Source: a virus
Lineage: Duplodnaviria; Caudoviricetes
Virus record (IMG/VR): IMGVR_UViG_3300010371_000043
Coordinates: 1 to 52,583 of that record
Direction: 5' to 3' (one strand)
DNA length: 52,583 bases
Shown: positions 46,693-52,583 of the stretch, piece after piece
Layout of the letters: each line of letters begins with the position of its first letter
Position numbering within the stretch: the first letter of the stretch is position 1
Translations under genes and position numbers: made by a program
Notes under the pieces: generated by a model
Told to the model about the DNA's origin: nothing
What the model saw: the letters and a program-made list of their open reading frames with translations, nothing else
The model's database searches: none

Positions 46693-46967
46693 TCAACAGA
46701 GCGGTGACCATGCGGCAGTACCCTGATGACTATCCCCACGTTCGCGCCTCGTCCTATTGCGTAGGGTGCGAAGGTACGAAGGAAGCAGGGCTAGTGTTGT
46801 GCTGGCCTTGCTGGCGCGCCCTGAAACATGCTTCGCGGGTCGAGCAAGCGGCAGTGGACAACAAGCTTGATCTCCAAGAGGTGCGCCTTGCGGCGCACTT
46901 TGCCCTACAGGCGAGGTTCGCACCGATCGAAAGCCGCGAAGTGGTGGAATATGGAAAGGAGTTTTAA
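46689..46967 (+). CDS. zinc-finger-like protein, 92 aa
   Basis: CVGC...CWPC; GGAG RBS. Confidence 0.55.
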   Translation: MINRAVTMRQYPDDYPHVRASSYCVGCEGTKEAGLVLCWPCWRALKHASRVEQAAVDNKLDLQEVRLAAHFALQARFAPIESREVVEYGKEF

Positions 46968-46968
46968 C

Positions 46969-47154
46969 ATGAGAGATTATCGACCAGACCAATCGGATCG
47001 CGACAATCTTAAGGTCGCGACGCTGACCGGCATTCGCATTACGGAATGCAACGACGGCATGTGGGCGTGGACTGATGGAGCCGTTGGCAATTGTGGCTTC
47101 CAGACCAAATGGGAAGCCGCGCGCGATGCACTGGCAGGAAGGAAAGGGAGTTAA
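46969..47154 (+). CDS. hypothetical protein, 61 aa
   Basis: AAGGAG RBS before MRDYRP. Confidence 0.6.
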   Translation: MRDYRPDQSDRDNLKVATLTGIRITECNDGMWAWTDGAVGNCGFQTKWEAARDALAGRKGS

Positions 47155-47155
47155 C

Positions 47156-47308
47156 ATGAGAAAGCGTGAAGTGAGTAAAGTTCATCGTTGGATCGAAACC
47201 AACGTGGACCGCGATCAGGCTGCGCTGGGCTTCGTGATCGCGCTCCTATCGAGCATCACCATTGTGGTTGGTGCAGCGTTTGCGGTGAGCACATGGCTAC
47301 TCGGGTAG
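47156..47308 (+). CDS. small membrane protein, 50 aa
   Basis: AAGGGAG RBS; C-terminal hydrophobic helix. Confidence 0.55.
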   Translation: MRKREVSKVHRWIETNVDRDQAALGFVIALLSSITIVVGAAFAVSTWLLG

Positions 47309-47553
47309 ACAACTCGGCCCACGAGCGAGCCGAGCGCAGGAAGTATTGCGGCACTTGTGGTTGTCACTACCACAACCGCTTCAATCCCGAGCGCGGCTGG
47401 CCCGAGTGTCCGCACAATCCCGAGCGCGGCTGGCCCGAGTGTCCGCACTATCACGTCAACATCGTGGAGCTTCACGATGAAGAGGCTGTGCTGGCGCACC
47501 GTGCGAAAAGGGTTTTGGCAGCGAAGTTCGCACCAAAGAAGGAGCACGCATGA
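47293..47553 (+). CDS. Cys/His-rich protein with duplicated NPERGWPECPH
   Basis: 86 aa; CGTCGCHYH; stop coupled to the next ATG. Confidence 0.5.
   Translation: MATRVDNSAHERAERRKYCGTCGCHYHNRFNPERGWPECPHNPERGWPECPHYHVNIVELHDEEAVLAHRAKRVLAAKFAPKKEHA
47382..47448. repeat. perfect 33-bp tandem duplication
   Basis: CAATCCCGAGCGCGGCTGGCCCGAGTGTCCGCA x2. Confidence 0.95.
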
Positions 47554-47681
47554 GGATATTCACGCTCTCGCTCGTTGCCGTCCTAGCGCAGTTGCTGGGT
47601 GACCATGACGTTGCTGCGGGCTGCGCTATCGCGGCCATCGTGATGCTTGTGGTGTTTCCGAAGCAGGAGCGCAAGCGATGA
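47550..47681 (+). CDS. small membrane peptide, 43 aa
   Basis: AAGGAG RBS; two hydrophobic stretches; ATGA coupling. Confidence 0.55.
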   Translation: MRIFTLSLVAVLAQLLGDHDVAAGCAIAAIVMLVVFPKQERKR

Positions 47682-47920
47682 AGAAGCATGCGCGGCTCCA
47701 TGACATTGCGATGGCGCGGCGCGTCCTGCAAGAGCGTTATGAGCCGTGTCCGAAGCTGGTCGCTGTCAAAGCGCCCAACACCACGCACCACTGGCTGTTA
47801 GAAGAGTGCATCTTCTGTGGCACGACACGCCCTTCTCTTCCAGAGGGCTGGCGCGCCCCCGGGGAGTATGGACGGCGGGCCGTTCGGCGCGGCGGATGCG
47901 TTCGATTACCGCCGCGGTAA
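47678..47920 (+). CDS. hypothetical protein, 80 aa
   Basis: AGGAG RBS; C...H...CIFCG. Confidence 0.5.
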   Translation: MKKHARLHDIAMARRVLQERYEPCPKLVAVKAPNTTHHWLLEECIFCGTTRPSLPEGWRAPGEYGRRAVRRGGCVRLPPR

Positions 47921-47921
47921 C
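47905..47921. promoter_or_regulatory. palindrome copy 7 (1 mismatch)
   Basis: ATTACCGCCGCGGTAAC, 33 nt before ATG 47954. Confidence 0.6.
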
Positions 47922-47953
47922 AATTCACCACCAACGAAAGGAGCGAAAGGACC

Positions 47954-48631
47954 ATGACGAACGTTCTAACTGCACAAGACCTGATGGCTGTTGCGTCCGA
48001 ATTGGGCGCAGAGGCCGGCAAGGGCACGGACACACAGATCAAGTTCATGCTCAAAGTCGTCGAGGGCGGCTATCACAACGCCATCGACTTGAAGCCAAAC
48101 AAACACGGTCGCGGCGTCGATGATGCCGAGAAGCTGGCCGAGGCGTATTACAAGGCACGCACTGGCGCCAACATCTTCGACGCCAAGGCGGACAACCAGC
48201 GTAAGCTGGTCTCCTGCCTGCGCACTGGGATCAAGTTGGGGATGTGGCCCAAGGGCGGCAACGGTGAGCCGCTGGCGACCGTGAACGCCTTGATGAACAT
48301 TCGGCAGAAGTTGCGGCAAGTGCCTGCCGAGGCGAAAAGGTTGCAGGACGCCACCAACACGCTCTTGAAGTATGCTCGCGAGCAACTTAGGCGTGATACG
48401 CTGATCGACGAGGAAGAACTTCGCGGGTTTTGCTTCAAACCCAACGGCAAGGAGCCGGCGACCGCAGAAGAGGTGCTTGAGAATATCCGCAAGCAACTGG
48501 ATAAGCTCGTCAAGGGCAACAACCACGGTGTGCGGGATACCTCTGCCGAGGTGATCGCAGCGCGCGGCGAGTTGCAGAAAAGGTTATCTGCCATCGCCAA
48601 AGCCAAAAACCCGCAAGCGATCGCGCCATGA
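47954..48631 (+). CDS. hypothetical helical protein, 225 aa
   Basis: Strong AAGGAG/AAGGA RBS; coding-like codon usage. Confidence 0.75.
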   Translation: MTNVLTAQDLMAVASELGAEAGKGTDTQIKFMLKVVEGGYHNAIDLKPNKHGRGVDDAEKLAEAYYKARTGANIFDAKADNQRKLVSCLRTGIKLGMWPKGGNGEPLATVNALMNIRQKLRQVPAEAKRLQDATNTLLKYAREQLRRDTLIDEEELRGFCFKPNGKEPATAEEVLENIRKQLDKLVKGNNHGVRDTSAEVIAARGELQKRLSAIAKAKNPQAIAP

Positions 48632-48780
48632 ACTGGATATGGCCAATCGCAGCCGGCGTCGTGGTGTTCCTGTTCCTACAGATCAGCGAGCATCGCGGCT
48701 ACGAGGCTGGTGTCCGCGATACCACGACAGCGTGGGCAACGGAGTTGAGCCACTTCGACTGCGTTCGCAAGACGCAGTAA
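48628..48780 (+). CDS. small membrane-anchored protein, 50 aa
   Basis: MNWIWPIAAGVVVFLFLQISEHRGYEAGVRD...; ATGA coupling. Confidence 0.5.
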   Translation: MNWIWPIAAGVVVFLFLQISEHRGYEAGVRDTTTAWATELSHFDCVRKTQ

Positions 48781-48784
48781 GAGT

Positions 48785-48902
48785 TGCGGCGCGCAGGGAC
48801 AGTTGGTGCAGGGCTTAAGACCTTTCACCTGCACTGACCGAGCGCGACGCAGGGCGGCGAGCATGGGCAGGCTTTCAGGGCTCCGCTCATGGCTTGCCGC
48901 CC
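48785..48902 (+). ncRNA. candidate structured RNA / processing element (two long hairpins)
   Basis: Stems 48785-94/48842-51, 48802-12/48828-38, 48852-62/48892-902, 48863-68/48885-90, with G-U pairs on the plus strand. Confidence 0.4.
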
Positions 48903-48944
48903 ACCCTTTCTGAGAGGTTCACACTAGCAAAGGAGCGAAGGACT

Positions 48945-49373
48945 ATGGAGATCAATGGCAAGAAGGTAATCAATGCTACCAAACCACTCACAGTGATCGT
49001 GACAGATCATGACGTGGCACACGGTGCCACCAAAGACCCGGGCGGGTGCGCTGCGGCGCGTGCTGTCAAGCGGACAGCGAAATGCACCAAGGCTCGCGTG
49101 CATCTGGGCTGCACGTATATCGAGACGGACAAGTACTGGCTGCGCTACAAGACGCCGGATGCGGTGCGGACTGAGATCGTGGCGTTCGATCGCGGTGCTA
49201 CGTTTACGCCTGACGAATACACGTTCCGCCCCATGCCGCCGTCGCACAGGAGGAAGTACGGCGTAGCACAGGGATCGGAAACCAACAAGACCAACCCCAA
49301 ACGCAAGAGGACCATGGTAGCACGCGTCCGCCACCACGAAGTATCGGGTGTGCGCCACGGACTGATCCGCTGA
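48945..49373 (+). CDS. hypothetical protein, 142 aa
   Basis: AAGGAG/AAGGA RBS; DP..CAAARA...W.RY.TP...FDRG motif. Confidence 0.7.
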   Translation: MEINGKKVINATKPLTVIVTDHDVAHGATKDPGGCAAARAVKRTAKCTKARVHLGCTYIETDKYWLRYKTPDAVRTEIVAFDRGATFTPDEYTFRPMPPSHRRKYGVAQGSETNKTNPKRKRTMVARVRHHEVSGVRHGLIR

Positions 49374-49675
49374 TGGCAAGGTTTTATGGAACACTACAGG
49401 GACAGCGCGGGCCGACGTCACGACTAGGGAGTGCGTCGTCCGGGCTATACGTCACTGCACAAAGCTGTAACGGCGACGTGACTGTGCAGCTATTCGCAGT
49501 GGGCGAGGAAGATCACGTCCAAATCCATGCGTGTCACCACGGCAACAACGGACATGGGACCATGCTCTACACCGGCCCCATCACACATCTTCTCGACCGA
49601 AAAGGGCACGAATTTCTGGTCGAACAAATGGCAAAGCGTGCACTAGCAAAGGAGAACGACAGTGCAAGTGACTGA
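49373..49675 (+). CDS. hypothetical protein, 100 aa
   Basis: MARFYGTLQGQRG..SRLG...SG N-terminus; TGATG coupling. Confidence 0.65.
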   Translation: MARFYGTLQGQRGPTSRLGSASSGLYVTAQSCNGDVTVQLFAVGEEDHVQIHACHHGNNGHGTMLYTGPITHLLDRKGHEFLVEQMAKRALAKENDSASD

Positions 49676-49901
49676 CATCAAGGTCGTGCTGCGGCTCGCG
49701 AAGGTGCGAGCAGAGCAGGGTACATATTCGAGCGAGGAATATGCGTCCAACCATGCCTCGATCGAGGCTGTGGAGACGTGGCTGCGTGAAGTCGGCGCTC
49801 TGCCGCCTGAGCGGGATACCCCGCTTCGCGGATCGCGATCCATCTATCGGGACGGCGCGGCAGCCACGGCAAAGGCCGTCCGCGCAAGACGAATAGCCTG
49901 A
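49662..49901 (+). CDS. hypothetical protein, 79 aa
   Basis: AAGGAG RBS, GTG start. Confidence 0.55.
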   Translation: MQVTDIKVVLRLAKVRAEQGTYSSEEYASNHASIEAVETWLREVGALPPERDTPLRGSRSIYRDGAAATAKAVRARRIA

Positions 49902-49988
49902 CGCTCGTTCCTGCCGGGCGCGTTCGACCCGGCAGTGACGAGCGCCCATCGCGTTCGATCCCCCCACTCCACAACGAAAGGAGATCAG

Positions 49989-51131
49989 ATGAATTTGAGC
50001 CAAGCTGAGCGTGAGGCGTTCCGACTTATTCAGTCGGGGCAGGCCGTCATGTTGTCGTCCGGTTCGGGCATCGGCAAGAGCCAAACCGTGTATCGCATGT
50101 TCGAGAAGATCAAGGCACGCGACGCTGCCAAGGGTATCTCTTGGGGTTTCGGTGTGATCTTCGCGGCCACGCAAACCCCGCCTGACCTGATCGGCTACCA
50201 GTTCAAGGGCGACCGGGAGTTCGCTATCAGCCCGACCGAGACGCGCAAGATCACGGTCACCGACCCGAGCGTGCCGCTCTGGTATATCTCGACCGAGGGC
50301 AAGCCGGCCTTCATGTACGATCGTTTCTTTCTGTTCATCGACGAGTACGGACAGGGCGAAGGCGACGTGAAGCGTGCGCTTGCTGAAATCTTCCTGAATG
50401 GCGGCACCTCGCCGTGGTATCTGCCGCCCGGCAGTGTCCGCGTCGCAGCCACCAACAAGGGCGTGCGCTACGGTGTGTCGAAAGACTTCGACTTCTGCAT
50501 CGCCCGCCGCACACTCTTGGAGATCGATGGCAACATCGACGAGTTGCTGACGTATCTGGACAAGCCCTACGAGCATCAGGGTAAGCAGTGGCAAACCATG
50601 CCGGTGATCAAGGCGTGGGCTGCGACGAACCCGCAGATCGTATTCGAGAGCGAGCCCAAGGAACAGGGACCGTGGTGCAACCCACGGCAACTCTGTGCGG
50701 TCGACCGCTACCTGCAAGTCGCGTTCGATGATCAGGGCAACCAAGAAGTGGACGCGCTGGCGATCAGCACGATTGCCGGCACGATCGGGATGCCTGCCGC
50801 GCAGAGCATCGTGAACCATCTGCAGTTCCGGCTTGAACTGCCGAGCTACGCGGACATCGTGGGTGACCCGCAAGGCACGCCAGTGCCGACCCGGGCTGAC
50901 CTACAGATGCTGATGGCCTACGAGTTGGCGGCGTATACGCAGCGGGCGGACCTGCCGCAGTGCATCCAGTACATCCAGCGCCTCGAAAAGGTGGCAAAGG
51001 ATATGGGCGTCACGTATATCAGCGCGCTGTTGCGGCGCGACTACATGGGCTTCTTCAATGAGCCAGCCATGTCGGGCTGGATCAACAAGAATGCCGCGTT
51101 GATCAGCGTTATCGCTTCGCTGAGCAACTGA
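49989..51131 (+). CDS. MoxR-like AAA+ ATPase
   Basis: Walker A SGSGIGKS, DLIGY, Walker B FLFIDEYGQ, VAATN, NPRQ; AAGGAG RBS. Confidence 0.85.
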   Translation: MNLSQAEREAFRLIQSGQAVMLSSGSGIGKSQTVYRMFEKIKARDAAKGISWGFGVIFAATQTPPDLIGYQFKGDREFAISPTETRKITVTDPSVPLWYISTEGKPAFMYDRFFLFIDEYGQGEGDVKRALAEIFLNGGTSPWYLPPGSVRVAATNKGVRYGVSKDFDFCIARRTLLEIDGNIDELLTYLDKPYEHQGKQWQTMPVIKAWAATNPQIVFESEPKEQGPWCNPRQLCAVDRYLQVAFDDQGNQEVDALAISTIAGTIGMPAAQSIVNHLQFRLELPSYADIVGDPQGTPVPTRADLQMLMAYELAAYTQRADLPQCIQYIQRLEKVAKDMGVTYISALLRRDYMGFFNEPAMSGWINKNAALISVIASLSN

Positions 51132-51176
51132 GCAGACGGTGGGCGCGTGTTTCTGGCAAGCTTCACGGCGCCCGCC

Positions 51177-51193
51177 GTTACCGTCACGGTAAC
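51177..51193. promoter_or_regulatory. palindrome copy 8 (perfect, intergenic)
   Basis: GTTACCGTCACGGTAAC, overlapping the 3' arm of hairpin 51135-51179. Confidence 0.7.
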
Positions 51194-51326
51194 TTGATTG
51201 GATCGCAGAATGCCCACAGTTCGTAATATGACGCGGCTCTGGACATTCTCCGGCCCAATTGATCAGCTAAAGGCGCTGGCCGATTGGCAGATGCAATATC
51301 ACGAACACGAAAGGAGCAAACCGACC

Positions 51327-51614
51327 ATGCAGCGACAATTCACGATCGAAGTTCGCGTTGACTACGAGGACAGCGCCAAGAACGAAGCGATGCGGCTTGC
51401 GGTAGCGCAGGCGGCACAGCACGTCTACGCCAAGGCGTGCCTTCTTAAAGACGGCCAGAAGCCGACCATCGCCGCGTTCAGCGATGACTGGTACTCGGGT
51501 CGCGAAGAGATCGAGGTGATCCCCAACACGATCCAACAGGGCTTGGATAGCATCACTGGCGATGGTGACGAGCCGAGTGTCGTGTCGGACGAATTGCTGG
51601 CGGCGTTCAAGTAG
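51327..51614 (+). CDS. hypothetical protein, 95 aa
   Basis: AAGGAG RBS before MQRQFTIEVRVD. Confidence 0.65.
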   Translation: MQRQFTIEVRVDYEDSAKNEAMRLAVAQAAQHVYAKACLLKDGQKPTIAAFSDDWYSGREEIEVIPNTIQQGLDSITGDGDEPSVVSDELLAAFK

Positions 51615-51820
51615 CATGGATCGCAAACGCAAACGCCTTCGCGCGAACGAGTACAGGCGGAAGCAAATCACCGCGTGTATACATCGTTATAAGGCCGCCC
51701 GCGTTCTGCGGACCAAAGGCGTCCCGCGCGCCGAGGCGGCCGGCTATGTCATGTGGCGGCAGTACATGGAGTGGTGCGCCGCATGGATGAATTATTTGAA
51801 ACGAGAAAGGAGCAAGCAAT

Positions 51821-52330
51821 ATGACAGCCCCAACGAGCGCGCCTTCCGAGGACGCATTGCCGACAACCATCGAGATCGCCCCATTAACGCCGCAACAAAA
51901 AGCGCAGTGGGGCGATACCATGTCGCTCATGACGTGGACCTGTCCGGGCTTCCGACATCTGTTCTATAAGCTGCTCACCAACAATCGCGGTGAGATCGCT
52001 GCCGTGCCGTCCCGCGATTGTCCCATCGCAGCCACAGACGGGCGCAACATCATCATCAATCCCGATAGGTTTTTCTCGCTGCCGCTGCCGCAGCGCGTGT
52101 TCGCTATCGGCCATGAGATCGTTCACAACGTGTTCAATGACGTGCAGTTCCTGCACCGCTGCGCGCTGGCAGGGCAAGTCCCCATGAGCGACGGCACCAC
52201 GCGGCCGTTCATCAACAAGATGATGCAGTACGCGATGGACTACCGCATTAACGCGCTGCTGGTCGACAGCAAGATCGGCCAGCCGCTGCCGGGCATCTGC
52301 CTTGATCCTGCGGTCGGCAAGGCCGACGAG
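51821..52330 (+). CDS. DUF2201-type HExxH metallopeptidase (N-terminal part, truncated at junction)
   Basis: Hand translation: AATDGRNIIINPDRFF...HEIVH...AMDYRINALL; AAGGAG RBS; near the MoxR-like ATPase; missing from the ORF track because it has no stop in the window. Confidence 0.8.
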
Positions 52331-52582
52331 CTCGAGGATTTCCTCGGCGCGGCGATTGCGCTCCCGGCGCCCCACTCCCTGGTAGTACAGCGGCAGCGCC
52401 ACGTTCTCGGTGGCGTTCTTGAACGGCAGCAGGTTGAAGGACTGGAAAACGAAACCCAGCATCTTGTTGCGCAGCCGCGCAGCCTCGGTCTCCGCCAGGT
52501 TTGCGACCTGCTGGCCCGCGAGCAGATAGGTGCCGCTGTCATAGGCATCGAGAATGCCCAGGATGTTCAGCAGCGTGGACTT
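52310..52582 (-). CDS. bacterial LolD/MacB-like ABC transporter ATPase, internal fragment
   Basis: KSTLLNILGILD...GFVFQSFNLLP...ENVALPL...LELVGLADR, broken before the LSGGQ signature. Confidence 0.85.
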
Positions 52583-52583
52583 G

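Noticed and set aside
47382-47448. Possible CRISPR repeat
   Set aside because: The units are directly adjacent with no spacer, and no cas genes are present.
49895-49975. tRNA-like GTTCGA motifs and an ACTCCA end
   Set aside because: No acceptor stem, D arm or anticodon arm could be built; better explained as a simple hairpin.
49581-50873. 430-aa minus-strand ORF
   Set aside because: Antisense shadow of the AAA ATPase gene.
51562-51969. Basic 135-aa plus-strand ORF (possible start 51616)
   Set aside because: No clear RBS, and it overlaps the metallopeptidase gene by about 150 nt; only the 5' part might be coding.
52310-52330. Prophage attachment site
   Set aside because: The junction interrupts a phage gene mid-domain, and no integrase or second att copy is visible.

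Overview
The window is a large, incomplete piece of a GC-rich tailed dsDNA phage genome with a podovirus-like layout and a probable Alphaproteobacterial host. The minus strand from about 44.7 kb to 0.9 kb carries a CtrA-like regulator, small and large terminase, portal, a collagen/glycosyltransferase/methyltransferase cassette, scaffold, major capsid, adaptors, collagen fibres, a beta-helix tailspike, a GH108 lysis cassette, a tail nozzle and ejection proteins. The plus strand carries early genes (45.6-52.3 kb) and the 3' end of a DUF927-type replication gene (1-805). An AT-rich, repeat-rich origin-like region separates the two arms (44.85-45.5 kb). Main signals: (1) a phage-encoded CtrA-like winged-helix protein with no receiver domain, together with nine TTAA-N7-TTAA boxes at promoter-like spacing upstream of late genes; (2) a dispersed 17-bp palindrome GTTACCG-N3-CGGTAAC (6 perfect, 2 one-mismatch copies), found both between and inside genes; (3) a candidate virion glycosylation operon; (4) an origin-like inverted repeat with G-quadruplex-capable arms; (5) an unannotated RPP-repeat micropeptide. 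The last ~270 nt are an antisense ABC-ATPase fragment, probably an assembly chimera. No integrase, tRNA, CRISPR array or reverse transcriptase was seen. All protein calls come from motif recognition by eye, not database searches.
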